This document shows, piece by piece, positions 21,188 to 30,873 of a DNA stretch of 64,000 nt (its first letter is position 1; every line of letters starts with the position of its first letter). The notes under the pieces are model-generated. The model searched no databases. It saw only the letters and a program-made list of their open reading frames with translations, and had not been told where the DNA came from. The DNA is from a virus: UHGV virus genome UHGV-1363143; one strand, written 5' to 3'. The translations under genes were made by a program, and so were the position numbers.

Positions 21188-23062
21188 ATGGCAAAAAGTA
21201 TTAGAAAACTAAAGGCAGAATTAAGAGCAGCCGCACTTGAAGACCAAATCATCAAATCAGCTAAGTACAGAGTCAAAAATGAAGAAGGTAAATATGAAGT
21301 AATTCATTTTGAAACATCAGCTGAACAAGTAAAAACAAGTGATGAAAAACAATTTGTAAGTGCTGCAGAAAAAGCTGAATACGCTGACAAATACACAAAA
21401 GCAGAAGTTGATGCAAAAGTTGCAACTGTAGATTCTGATTTCAAGGCAGCTGATAAAGTATTAGATGATAGAATCACAGCTGTAGAAACAGAACTTGGCG
21501 AAGCTGGAAAAATAAAAGAATTAAGCGATGCTATAGAAGCTTTAGCTGCAGAGGATCTAGAATTAGATTCAAAAATTGAAAACACGAAAACAGATTTAGG
21601 AGAATTAACAAAAACTGTTGGAACTAATAAGTCTGAGTTAGAAGGAAAAATAACTACACTTAAAGGAGAAGTAGATACTTACAAAACTGACAATGATGCT
21701 AGAGTTGGAGCTTTAGAAACTGGTAAAGCTGACAAGGTTCACAGTCATGCTATAGCTGATGTAACTGGATTAAGTGATCAATTAGCAACTTTAGAAACAA
21801 AAGCAGAAGTTGATAAAAAGGTTGCAGCAGGAGTAACTGAAGCTAAGGCTTATACTGATACTGAAGTTGAAAAAGTTTCAAATAAGGTTGACGCAGCGAA
21901 GACTGAGTTAGAAGCTAGTAAAGTAGCTAAAGCAGATGTTGTGAATGCATTAGATGTTGTAGAAGAAGGAAAAGTTTTAGATGCTAGAGCTGGTAAAACT
22001 TTAAAGGATTCTATAGATGCTAAGGCTTCATTAGCTGAAATGAATACTGCTTTAGCAGGTAAGGCTGAAAAAGAACATACACATAATGTTTCTGATGTTA
22101 AAGGATTAGGAACAGCTGCTACTATGAACGTTGGTGTTCAAGAAGGAGAATTAGTAGCTGTTGGAGCAGGCAATAAGATAGATGTTTCATTATTACCTTC
22201 ATTAGCTATTAATGAAACAAAGGTAGTTGCAAGTGTTGAAGAAGCAATGTCTGTACAAGTTGAAACTGGAGACATAGTAATTATAAATGCAGAAGCTGTT
22301 GATTTATATAATGCAAGTGAAATGCTTATAAAGAGTATCGCAGCAGGAATAAAAACTTTCATAGTTGTAGATCCAACATCAGAAGACTTTGATGTTAAGT
22401 TTAGACCATTAGTATCTGGATCTGATTCAATATCAAAGGGAGAAGTTGAACAAGCTTTAGCAGGTAAGTTAGATAAGTCAACTTACGCAACTGATAAAGA
22501 ACAAATAAATGCATCTATTGCTACAAAAGCTAATAGTGCTGATGTTTACACTAAGACAGAGATTGATGGAAAGACATCTGCTTTAACTCAAGCTGATGAA
22601 GAAATTAGAGGAGAATTAACTAGCTCTGTATCAGATTTAGAAGGAAAGATTGCTAAGAAAGCTGACGCAGCTGAAACAACTGCAGCAATTAATGCTAAAG
22701 CAGATAAGACTTACGTAGATGCAGAACTAGGTAAGAAAGCTTCTATAGATGACGTTACAGCAGCTGTAGAAGTAAAAGCAGATAAAACTTATGTAGATAA
22801 CACAATGGCTACTAAGACTCAATTAACAGAAGGCTTAGCTTCTAAGGCAAATGTAACTGATATAGAACAAGTAAATACTAAGTTATCTGAGAAAGCTAGC
22901 AAAACAGAACTTACTGATGGATTAGCAACTAAAGCTAATGTAGAAACAACATATACAAAAGTAGAAGTTGATGCAATCGTTAAGAGCTATGCACCAACAG
23001 TAAGTAATATACAACCAACAGATAGGCCAGAAGGACATGTTTGGTTAGAAATAGTACAATAA
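21188..23062 (+). CDS. tail fibre protein, alpha-helical coiled-coil type
   Basis: 624 aa, dominated by Ala/Lys/Glu/Thr/Asp heptad-like repeats (KAEVDAKVATVDSDFKAADKVLDDRITAVETELGEAGK...). It has two HxH motifs (DKVHSHAIADVTGL, EKEHTHNVSDVKGLG). A terminator follows. Confidence 0.5.
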   Translation: MAKSIRKLKAELRAAALEDQIIKSAKYRVKNEEGKYEVIHFETSAEQVKTSDEKQFVSAAEKAEYADKYTKAEVDAKVATVDSDFKAADKVLDDRITAVETELGEAGKIKELSDAIEALAAEDLELDSKIENTKTDLGELTKTVGTNKSELEGKITTLKGEVDTYKTDNDARVGALETGKADKVHSHAIADVTGLSDQLATLETKAEVDKKVAAGVTEAKAYTDTEVEKVSNKVDAAKTELEASKVAKADVVNALDVVEEGKVLDARAGKTLKDSIDAKASLAEMNTALAGKAEKEHTHNVSDVKGLGTAATMNVGVQEGELVAVGAGNKIDVSLLPSLAINETKVVASVEEAMSVQVETGDIVIINAEAVDLYNASEMLIKSIAAGIKTFIVVDPTSEDFDVKFRPLVSGSDSISKGEVEQALAGKLDKSTYATDKEQINASIATKANSADVYTKTEIDGKTSALTQADEEIRGELTSSVSDLEGKIAKKADAAETTAAINAKADKTYVDAELGKKASIDDVTAAVEVKADKTYVDNTMATKTQLTEGLASKANVTDIEQVNTKLSEKASKTELTDGLATKANVETTYTKVEVDAIVKSYAPTVSNIQPTDRPEGHVWLEIVQ

Positions 23063-23070
23063 TAGTTTTT

Positions 23071-23104
23071 ATGGAGCGTATTTCTCTACGCTCCATTTTT
23101 TATT
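23071..23104 (+). terminator. rho-independent terminator
   Basis: GGAGCGTA-tttctc-TACGCTCC followed by ATTTTTTATT. Confidence 0.75.
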
Positions 23105-23129
23105 AGAAAATAATAAGGAGGATTAATAG

Positions 23130-24971
23130 ATGTCAAACCATAATGTGAAACTTAGAAGAAAAAACGGCTCTGAGTGGGACATTTTATATCCTGAATCTAT
23201 AGCGTCCAATATTAAGATGAAGTCAGGTAAAAATGTACAAGAGTTTGTTGATGATGTTAATGATAATATAAAATCATTACAAACAAATAAGGCAAACACA
23301 GATCACAATCATGATGATAAATACTTTAGAAAAATAAGAGATGTGGGCGCTAATGTTAATTTAGATACATTGACAACTACTGGTAGGTATCATCAAAGTT
23401 CAAGTGCAAATGCAACAATAGAATTGAACTATCCAGTAGCAAAAGCTGGATTATTGAAAGTATATAATGATGGATATATTTATCAAGAATATCATTGCTT
23501 CGATAACTCGGGAGCTTATAGAAGAACTCAATATAATGGAACTTGGTACAAATGGACTAGCCTTCAAGGACCAAAGGGGGATACTGGAGCAACAGGTCCA
23601 CAGGGATTAAAAGGGGATACTGGTGCACAGGGGCCACAGGGATTAAAAGGAGATATAGGACCTCAAGGAATTAAGGGAGATGTAGGAGCTGTAGGGCCAC
23701 AAGGACCTAAGGGTGAAACTGGAGCAACAGGATCTAAGGGTGCAACTGGAACAAGTATAAGATTTAAAGGAGCGTGGTCATCAACAACTGCTTATGTTAG
23801 TGACGCTAGTTATGTAGATATAGTAACAAGTGGCGGAAATACTTATAGATGTAAAGCTAGTAATACAAACCAAGCTGTAACCAATACTACTTATTGGGAG
23901 TTAATTGTTCAAAAAGGATCTCAAGGTCCAACTGGAGCTACTGGACCACAAGGGCCCAAAGGAGACACTGGAGCACAAGGGCCTCAGGGAATAGCGGGGG
24001 CTAAAGGCGCAACAGGTGCTCAAGGACCTGCTGGAATTACTCCTACAATTAAAGCAGGAACAGTTACTACTGGTGCAGCTGGAACAAATGCAGCTGTAAC
24101 TGCTAGTACTTCAGGTACAACTACCACATTTAACTTCACAATTCCAAGAGGAGCTACTGGAGCTCAAGGACCACAAGGAGCAGCAGGAGCCAAAGGTGCA
24201 ACTGGAGCAGCTGGGCCTAATACCGTAACAACAGCGACTACTACAAGTGGTTTCACTAATGGACACTTTCTATACAATAATAATGGAAAAGTTGGCGCAA
24301 AGGCAATAACTGCTGCCTCAATAGGAGCTTTGGCTTCAAGTGGTAAAGCTGCTGATTCATCTAAACTTAATGGCGTAGCAGATGCTATAGCGGATACAGC
24401 TAATACCATAGCAAAAAGAGATGGTTCTGGAGATATATCTTGTAGATTATTAAAAAGTTCATATGCTAATCAAGCTACTATTTCAGGAGCATTAGCTTTT
24501 AGAAGTAATAATAGTTCCGATAACTACATTAGATTCTGTTCAGATACGACAGCTATTAAAAAATGGCTTGGTGCTGGAAATCTTAGGGAAATTAAACATT
24601 ATGGCAATGTCAAGACAGCTACTATAATATTTGATAAAACTAAAATGGTAAACGGTGTTAGAGTAGCATTTATAACTAGTAATAAGCAAGGAACAGATTC
24701 TTGGCATTATGCCTTAAATGGTAAATGGACAGATGGCTGGACAAGTAATGGTGATGCAAAACTAAGTTTTGAGATAACTAAATTAAATGCAGCTGGAACA
24801 GTTTGGTTTGTTGAAGTATGGTTAGCTAATAGATACAGAGAATCTGCAGGTTCAAGAAGATATGATGGTTCTTCTTTAGTACACAGAGGAGAACTTAATA
24901 CAATAATGGCATACCTTGATCATGCTACAAATATATTAGAAAACCTAACTACTGTTGTTGAATATTTCTAG
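23130..24971 (+). CDS. collagen-like tail fibre protein 1
   Basis: Gly-X-Y triplet runs ([29 protein letters not shown]...). Shares the N-terminal anchor (HNV/IKLRRKNGSEW..LYPE.IA.N) and the motif [51 protein letters not shown] with fibres 2 and 3. Unique C-terminal head domain. Confidence 0.7.
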   Translation: MSNHNVKLRRKNGSEWDILYPESIASNIKMKSGKNVQEFVDDVNDNIKSLQTNKANTDHNHDDKYFRKIRDVGANVNLDTLTTTGRYHQSSSANATIELNYPVAKAGLLKVYNDGYIYQEYHCFDNSGAYRRTQYNGTWYKWTSLQGPKGDTGATGPQGLKGDTGAQGPQGLKGDIGPQGIKGDVGAVGPQGPKGETGATGSKGATGTSIRFKGAWSSTTAYVSDASYVDIVTSGGNTYRCKASNTNQAVTNTTYWELIVQKGSQGPTGATGPQGPKGDTGAQGPQGIAGAKGATGAQGPAGITPTIKAGTVTTGAAGTNAAVTASTSGTTTTFNFTIPRGATGAQGPQGAAGAKGATGAAGPNTVTTATTTSGFTNGHFLYNNNGKVGAKAITAASIGALASSGKAADSSKLNGVADAIADTANTIAKRDGSGDISCRLLKSSYANQATISGALAFRSNNSSDNYIRFCSDTTAIKKWLGAGNLREIKHYGNVKTATIIFDKTKMVNGVRVAFITSNKQGTDSWHYALNGKWTDGWTSNGDAKLSFEITKLNAAGTVWFVEVWLANRYRESAGSRRYDGSSLVHRGELNTIMAYLDHATNILENLTTVVEYF

Positions 24972-24981
24972 GAGGTGCAAT

Positions 24982-25311
24982 ATGAGATATGTAATTATAA
25001 ATAAACTTACTAATAATTTAGTTGAAAAAATAATTTTTCCTGAAGGTGGGTTCGAACCTGTCCCTGAAATGTTGCCAAGCTACTTGGAACTTATAGTTGA
25101 CAATAATGACGTAGTAACTAATTGTCATATGAAATATGATGAATCATCTCAGTCTTTTGTAACAATATCTGATGATGATAGGGATAATCCTAAAATAGCT
25201 AGAGAACTATTGGATATTAAGACAGCTATTGCTGAGATGTCAGAAGAAAAAGATTCTGAAATAATAAAATTAAAACTAGCTTTAGTTGAGCTAGCGGAAG
25301 GAATGATTTAA
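24982..25311 (+). CDS. tail fibre assembly chaperone (copy 1a); start moved to ATG after TAGGAGG
   Basis: The track start at 24955 is probably TTG. An in-frame ATG at 24982 sits 7 nt after GGAGG. The C-terminal LKTAIAEMSEEKDSEIIKLKLALVEL matches the chaperone downstream of fibre 2. Confidence 0.5.
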   Translation: MRYVIINKLTNNLVEKIIFPEGGFEPVPEMLPSYLELIVDNNDVVTNCHMKYDESSQSFVTISDDDRDNPKIARELLDIKTAIAEMSEEKDSEIIKLKLALVELAEGMI

Positions 25312-25312
25312 T

Positions 25313-25447
25313 ATGGTAGAAATTTACGCAGATTTGGTTGAAGCTGGCAAAAGGAGTCTAGACGGTGCCAATGGTGTGCCAAAAGTTCCAGCAAAATATT
25401 TAGACGCTGTTATAGCCAAGCTAGAAAAAAGAGGCTATTTTAATTAA
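25313..25447 (+). CDS. 44-aa XkdX-like small fibre-associated protein (not in ORF track)
   Basis: ATG 2 nt after the stop of copy 1a. Encodes MVEIYADLVEAGKRSLDGANGVPKVPAKYLDAVIAKLEKRGYFN. Its C-terminal LEKRGYFN equals the end of the fused chaperone at 27515..27865. Confidence 0.5.
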   Translation: MVEIYADLVEAGKRSLDGANGVPKVPAKYLDAVIAKLEKRGYFN

Positions 25448-25570
25448 ATATAATACACATTACAGACAGCTCTTAAGCTGTCTATTTTTTTTATAAAATA
25501 CTTATCTACTTTATAGCAAAAAGTAAGGTAATAAATAAAACAGAATATAGTAATTGAAAGGAGATTTGAG
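25448..25570 (+). repeat. intergenic unit (terminator + leader), copy 1 of 2
   Basis: Near-identical to 27866..27974: ..atacacatta.agacagc...gctgtctattttttt...aag.aaggtaataaata.....attgaaaggagat.. Confidence 0.7.
25462..25493 (+). terminator. rho-independent terminator
   Basis: AGACAGC-tcttaa-GCTGTCT followed by ATTTTTTTT. Confidence 0.75.
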
Positions 25571-27502
25571 ATGACTGTTCATAATATTAGAATGAAAACA
25601 AAGAACGGCTCTGAGTGGATAACACTTTATCCTGAGACAATAGCAAATAATGTAATTGCTACGAGCGGGAAAACTGTTCAACATGAATTAGATAATCATA
25701 CCCATAAATATGCTGGATCTTCATCAGCTGGTGGTGCTGCAAATAGTGCTATAAAGTTAGCAACTGCTAGAACCATTAACGGAATAGCTTTTGATGGAAC
25801 AGCTAATATTAACATAACGGATAATAGCAAAGTATCTCCAACTGGTACCATAGCTGCCAACAGAGTTGCAATATTTAATGATACCACGGGAAAAACAATA
25901 AAAGACAGTGGGTTTACTATTAGTTCATCTGTTCCAGCCAATGCAAAATTTACTGACACTATTTATACTCATCCTACAACATCAGGAAACAAACACATAC
26001 CTAGTGGAGGAGCCGCTGGACAAGCATTAAAATGGTCGGCTGATGGAACAGCAGTATGGTCTTCTGAACCAGTTCCGCATAATCATGACTCTGTTTATTT
26101 TAGAAAAGTTAAAGATATAGGCGCAAATGTTGATCTAAATACGTTAACAGCTACAGGTAGATATCATCAAGGCTCAAGTGCAAATGCAACTACTGCCTTA
26201 AATTATCCAACAACAAAGGCTGGATTACTAAAAGTTTATAATGATGGATATGTGTATCAAGAATATCACTGTTTCGATAACTCAGCAGCTTATAGAAGGA
26301 CTCTATATAATGGAACCTGGTATGCATGGACTACTCTTCAAGGACCAAAAGGAGCAACAGGTCCGCAAGGTATAGCAGGTGAAAAAGGTGCACAGGGTTT
26401 ACAAGGAGTTAAAGGTGATACTGGAGCTACAGGTCCCCAAGGGCCTGCGGGTGCTAAAGGGGCGACTGGTCCACAAGGGCCTGCGGGTATAACTCCTACG
26501 ATTAAAGCTGGTACTGTTACAACTGGTAATGCTGGGACGAATGCTGCTGTTACCGCAACGACTTCTGGTACTACTACTACTTTTAATTTTACCATTCCTA
26601 GGGGTGCAACTGGACCTCAGGGAGCACAAGGACCGCAAGGAGTAGCTGGTGCCAAAGGAGCTACTGGTGCGACTGGACCTGCTGGGCCTAATACAATATC
26701 AACAACAACTACTACCAGTGGTTTCACTAATGGGCATTTTTTATTTAATAATAATGGTAAGGTTAGTGCAAAAGCAATAACTGCCGCTTCAATAGGAGCA
26801 GTGCCAGCTACAGGTGGGACAGTAAATGGAACAATAAATGCAACCAATTTACAAGTTGGTGGAAATAATGTTTATCATACTGGAAGAAAACCTACATTGA
26901 CTGATATTTCTGGAGCTTATGGTTTTCAAGGTTTACTTGGTGACAATGAGGATTTAAACAACTATACAAAAACTGGTTTTTATACACAAGGTTCAAATGC
27001 AAATGCATCAAGTGGTACTAATTATCCAAGACCATATGCTGGAGTGTTAGAGGTGCATGGCGCTACTGATGGAGGTATGATTTGGCAAAAATATCACATA
27101 TATGGTTGGGATAATTCTGTTTGGGTAAGAACTTATTATGCAAACACTTGGAATCCTTGGAGAGCCTCAGCTTATGCATATGATTTAAGTCATGAAGCTT
27201 ATGTAAAGCCAACTTTTCAAAATGGTTGGAAGTCTTATGGTGGTACTTATGATGTTAGATTTACCAAAGATTCTATGAGAATGGTACATTTAGAAGGGCT
27301 GGTTACTGGTGGGACAATGGGTAAAACTATTTTTAATCTTCCAGTAGGTTATAGACCAAAACAAGGTTTTCAACAAGCCGTAGCCAATAATTTTAATGGA
27401 TATGGCCAAATAGTAATATATCCTGGTGGAGACGTTTCAGCATATTGTGGTTCTAGTGGTTGGATGTCATTAGATGGAATTACTTTTGTAGCTGATGTAT
27501 AG
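25571..27502 (+). CDS. collagen-like tail fibre protein 2
   Basis: The N-terminal 130 aa are about 85% identical to fibre 3. Gly-X-Y runs. The [17 protein letters not shown] motif is repeated in the C-terminal head (FYTQGSNANASSGTNYPRPYAGVLEV). Confidence 0.7.
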   Translation: MTVHNIRMKTKNGSEWITLYPETIANNVIATSGKTVQHELDNHTHKYAGSSSAGGAANSAIKLATARTINGIAFDGTANINITDNSKVSPTGTIAANRVAIFNDTTGKTIKDSGFTISSSVPANAKFTDTIYTHPTTSGNKHIPSGGAAGQALKWSADGTAVWSSEPVPHNHDSVYFRKVKDIGANVDLNTLTATGRYHQGSSANATTALNYPTTKAGLLKVYNDGYVYQEYHCFDNSAAYRRTLYNGTWYAWTTLQGPKGATGPQGIAGEKGAQGLQGVKGDTGATGPQGPAGAKGATGPQGPAGITPTIKAGTVTTGNAGTNAAVTATTSGTTTTFNFTIPRGATGPQGAQGPQGVAGAKGATGATGPAGPNTISTTTTTSGFTNGHFLFNNNGKVSAKAITAASIGAVPATGGTVNGTINATNLQVGGNNVYHTGRKPTLTDISGAYGFQGLLGDNEDLNNYTKTGFYTQGSNANASSGTNYPRPYAGVLEVHGATDGGMIWQKYHIYGWDNSVWVRTYYANTWNPWRASAYAYDLSHEAYVKPTFQNGWKSYGGTYDVRFTKDSMRMVHLEGLVTGGTMGKTIFNLPVGYRPKQGFQQAVANNFNGYGQIVIYPGGDVSAYCGSSGWMSLDGITFVADV

Positions 27503-27514
27503 GAGGATTTTTTT

Positions 27515-27865
27515 ATGATAAAAAAAGTATTAAAAATAGATAAACAAGGTTTTTATATAGAAGATGTTATTTTGCAAGATACTGAGCTTACTCCATCTGA
27601 TTGTGTGGAAACACATTGTCCTGAAGGTTTTTACAAACCTAAATGGGATGGAGAAAAGTGGATAGAGGGTTATACTCAAGAAGAAATAAAAAAGATCCAG
27701 GAAGATGCTGAAAGGAATAGAATACCAAGTCCATATGAAATTGTAAAAGAAGAAAATCTAGAACTAAAACTAGCTATTGCTGAAATGTCAGAAGAAAAGG
27801 ATAATGAAATAATGGAATTAAAGCTGGCTTTAGCTGAGTTAGAAAAAAGAGGTTATTTTAATTAA
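27515..27865 (+). CDS. tail fibre assembly chaperone (fused form, copy 2)
   Basis: TAGGAGG RBS. The C-terminal LKLAIAEMSEEKDNEIMELKLALAELEKRGYFN equals 1a joined to the end of the 44-aa ORF. Confidence 0.55.
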   Translation: MIKKVLKIDKQGFYIEDVILQDTELTPSDCVETHCPEGFYKPKWDGEKWIEGYTQEEIKKIQEDAERNRIPSPYEIVKEENLELKLAIAEMSEEKDNEIMELKLALAELEKRGYFN

Positions 27866-27974
27866 ATATTATACACATTATAGACAGCTAAAACGCTGTC
27901 TATTTTTTTGTAAATATACCTAAAAGCAAGGTAATAAATATGCTAGAAAACACTAATTGAAAGGAGATTGAGAT
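27866..27974 (+). repeat. intergenic unit (terminator + leader), copy 2 of 2
   Basis: See 25448..25570. Confidence 0.7.
27882..27909 (+). terminator. rho-independent terminator
   Basis: AGACAGC-taaaac-GCTGTCT followed by ATTTTTTTG. Confidence 0.75.
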
Positions 27975-30473
27975 ATGGCTATTCATAACATTAGAATGAA
28001 AAAAAGAAACGGTTCTGATTGGATAACACTTCATCCTGAAACAATAGCAGAAAATGTAATTGTTAAAAATGGGAAAACTGTTCAATATGAATTAGATAAT
28101 CATACTCACAAATACGCTGGATCTTCGTCAGTTGGCGGTGCGGCAAATAGTGCTATAAAACTAACAACAGCCAGAACAATAAATGGTGTAGCCTTTGATG
28201 GGACAGCTAATATTAATATAGTCGATAGTAGTAAAGTGGCTCCAACCGGAACAATAGTTGCTAATAGAGTTGCGATATTTAATGATACTACAGGAAAGGT
28301 GATAAAAGATAGTGGCTTTACTATTGCTTCATCAGTACCAGCCAATGCAAAATTCACAGATACATGGAGAGGTGTTCAAGACAATTTAACATCTACTATG
28401 ACAGACCAATCACTTTCAGCAAATCAAGGAAGAATATTAAAAGGATTAGTAGATGGCAAAGCGTCCTCTTCACACACACATAATTACCTACCATTGAGTG
28501 GTGGGACTATAACCATGTCTGATTACTATGGGGTAGTCATTAAAAGAAATCATGCTAGTAATGGTAGCAGCATTGCATTTAGTAACACTACAGAACAATT
28601 AGGTGGAGTTGGATTCCAAACTGGAAGGTTTGTTGTAAGCAGTAAGACAGGCACTGACGGCGATTTAATGATAATTAATAATACTGATGTAGCATTTGGA
28701 AGTAAAACTGTAACTGCCACTAAATTTACTGGAGCATTAAGTGGTAACGCTACTACAGCAACAACACTGCAAACAGCTAGAACAATAAACGGTACAAGTT
28801 TCAATGGAAGTGCAAATATCACTACTGCAACTTGGGGTACTGCTAGAACACTAACAATAGGCAGTGCTAGTAAATCTGTAAATGGATCTGCTAATATATC
28901 ATGGACATTAGCTGAAATAGGAGCGTCTCCAACTAGTCACCTTCATGATGATAGATACTTTAGAAAAGTACAAGATATAGGTGCTAATGTAAACTTAGAT
29001 ACGTTAATAACTACTGGTAGATATCATCAAAACTCTAATGCGAATGCAACAACAGCTCTAAATTATCCAGTAGCAAAAGCTGGATTACTAAAGGTTTATA
29101 ATGACGGATATATTTATCAGGAATATCACGCTTATGATAACTCAGGGGCTTATAGGAGAACTAAGTACGGCGAGACTTGGTACAAATGGACTAGCTTACA
29201 AGGTTCATCTGGTGCAACTGGACCTCAAGGGCCTCAAGGACCACAAGGTCCAACTGGGGCGACTGGACCTCAAGGGCCAGCTGGAGTGACTCCTACGATT
29301 AAGGCAGGTACTGTAACCACTGGCGCAGCAGGAAGTAATGCAGTCGTAACTGCAACAACTTCTGGAACAACTACTACATTCAATTTTACAATTCCTAGGG
29401 GTGCTACAGGTGCTACTGGCCCACAGGGAGTTGCAGGAGCAAAAGGAGCTACTGGGGCGACTGGTCCACAAGGACCTGCTGGAGTAACACCTACAATAAA
29501 AGCAGGAACAGTTACTACAGGCGCAGCTGGAAGTAACGCTGCTGTTACAGCAACGACATCGGGTACAACTACTACTTTTAATTTCACAATTCCTAGAGGA
29601 GCAACGGGTGCTCAAGGTCCTCAGGGTGTTGCAGGTGCGAAGGGAGCTACAGGAGCTACTGGTCCACAAGGAGCAGCTGGACCTAATACTATATCAACAA
29701 CTACTACTACCAGCGGATTTACTAATGGACACTTTTTGTATAATAATAATGGAAAAGTAGCTGCACAAGCAATAACTGCTGCATCTATAGGAGCAGCAAC
29801 TTCAGGTCACAATCACGATTCTGTATATGCTAAAACATCACACTCTCACAGTTATCTTCCAACATCAGGGGGTTCATTAAGTGGAGCTCTTAATGTAAAT
29901 AGTCAAATATATCTAAATACTGGTTCAGCAACTAACTCTCATTGGTATATGAATTCAAAATGGAGTGGTAATAGTGGTACAGAATGTAGTATTTATCCAA
30001 GTAGAGAACAAGGATATGGATTCGTAGGTGCTAATAGTAATCCTATATTCCAGGGATATGCTTATAAATGGGTAGTTGCATCTAGAAGAACTGCTAAATA
30101 TAGCATTAATAAAATTTCTTCTGAAGATATGTATGACTATATTAAAAATTTAAATATTTATTTATATAGACATGATTCAAGTTCGTACAATCCTGAAACT
30201 AAAATGTTTGAAGAAAATATGAGACAAGATTTACAGTTAGGTTGTATGATAGACGAACTACCTACAGAAATTGTTAATTATGATTGCGAAGGCGGAGACG
30301 GAAAATCGGTTGATTTATATTCATATAGCACTATGATACTTGGTGCAACAAAATACCTACAAGATAAAATAGAAACTCTCGAAAATGAAAATGAATACAA
30401 AAATACAAGAATAGAAGAGTTAGAATCTAGGTTAGATAGAATGGAGGAGCTATTAAATGGCATTATTAGTTAA
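27975..30473 (+). CDS. collagen-like tail fibre protein 3 with C-terminal intramolecular-chaperone-like domain
   Basis: Gly-X-Y runs. Contains an internal 66-aa tandem duplication and multiple HxH motifs. The C-terminal ~140 aa (..[25 protein letters not shown]....[15 protein letters not shown]...coiled-coil [25 protein letters not shown]) looks like the autoproteolytic C-terminal chaperone of fibres and spikes (S74-like). No separate chaperone gene follows. Confidence 0.65.
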   Translation: MAIHNIRMKKRNGSDWITLHPETIAENVIVKNGKTVQYELDNHTHKYAGSSSVGGAANSAIKLTTARTINGVAFDGTANINIVDSSKVAPTGTIVANRVAIFNDTTGKVIKDSGFTIASSVPANAKFTDTWRGVQDNLTSTMTDQSLSANQGRILKGLVDGKASSSHTHNYLPLSGGTITMSDYYGVVIKRNHASNGSSIAFSNTTEQLGGVGFQTGRFVVSSKTGTDGDLMIINNTDVAFGSKTVTATKFTGALSGNATTATTLQTARTINGTSFNGSANITTATWGTARTLTIGSASKSVNGSANISWTLAEIGASPTSHLHDDRYFRKVQDIGANVNLDTLITTGRYHQNSNANATTALNYPVAKAGLLKVYNDGYIYQEYHAYDNSGAYRRTKYGETWYKWTSLQGSSGATGPQGPQGPQGPTGATGPQGPAGVTPTIKAGTVTTGAAGSNAVVTATTSGTTTTFNFTIPRGATGATGPQGVAGAKGATGATGPQGPAGVTPTIKAGTVTTGAAGSNAAVTATTSGTTTTFNFTIPRGATGAQGPQGVAGAKGATGATGPQGAAGPNTISTTTTTSGFTNGHFLYNNNGKVAAQAITAASIGAATSGHNHDSVYAKTSHSHSYLPTSGGSLSGALNVNSQIYLNTGSATNSHWYMNSKWSGNSGTECSIYPSREQGYGFVGANSNPIFQGYAYKWVVASRRTAKYSINKISSEDMYDYIKNLNIYLYRHDSSSYNPETKMFEENMRQDLQLGCMIDELPTEIVNYDCEGGDGKSVDLYSYSTMILGATKYLQDKIETLENENEYKNTRIEELESRLDRMEELLNGIIS
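29277..29672 (+). repeat. in-gene tandem duplication, 2 x 198 nt (66 aa)
   Basis: [22 protein letters not shown](V/A)[23 protein letters not shown](T/Q)[19 protein letters not shown] occurs twice in a row. The two copies differ at about 35 synonymous sites but at only 2 amino acids. Confidence 0.8.
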
Positions 30474-30777
30474 AGATCAAATTAATCAGTTCGGAGTACA
30501 AGAAGAATATTGGAGAATATTAAAAATAAATCTTGACCTTAGATATAGATTTTGCGATATAACAGTAGGTTCGTATTATGATAAAAACACCAGGGAAGCT
30601 GGATCGGAACCTATGAACGTCAAGAAGATTAGAGCTAAGTGGTCTGACGACGAATTTAATAAATATTTCTCACCAGAAGCAATGGAATCTAATAATGAAA
30701 ATAAAAATATATATCAAATTGCCTATAACTATATAAAAGAAAAAGAAGATATCTTTGTAAATGCTTTGAATTGCTAG
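30457..30777 (+). CDS. hypothetical protein
   Basis: 106 aa. Overlaps the fibre 3 stop by 17 nt. A terminator follows. Confidence 0.35.
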   Translation: MALLVKDQINQFGVQEEYWRILKINLDLRYRFCDITVGSYYDKNTREAGSEPMNVKKIRAKWSDDEFNKYFSPEAMESNNENKNIYQIAYNYIKEKEDIFVNALNC

Positions 30778-30778
30778 T

Positions 30779-30808
30779 AGACAGTTTTATACTGTCTCTT
30801 TTATTTCT
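30779..30808 (+). terminator. rho-independent terminator
   Basis: AGACAGT-tttat-ACTGTCT followed by CTTTTATTTC. Confidence 0.65.
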
Positions 30809-30873
30809 TAAATTCTAGATATGTAAAACAATTAAAAGATTAGGTAATTAGGTAATGAAATAAAAAAATAGGA

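Noticed and set aside
955-22362. Many 60-170-aa minus-strand ORFs embedded in large + strand genes (e.g. 955..1176, 18336..18842, 21304..21585)
   Set aside because: They are fully nested antisense to long, tightly coupled + strand genes. They have no RBS and low-complexity products, consistent with chance ORFs in AT-rich DNA.
24164-24409. Minus-strand ORFs opposite the collagen-like repeats (24164..24409, 26338..26595, 26399..26847, 29205..29669, 29270..29587)
   Set aside because: The reverse complement of GGN-CCN-NNN triplet runs is automatically stop-free. These ORFs mirror the + strand fibres, have no RBS, and have absurd Pro/Ala/Cys/Ser compositions.
29277-29672. Diversity-generating retroelement (template/variable repeat) interpretation of the duplicated fibre module
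   Set aside because: No reverse transcriptase is in the window. The differences between the copies are synonymous and not adenine-specific. The copies lie within one gene rather than as a non-coding TR.
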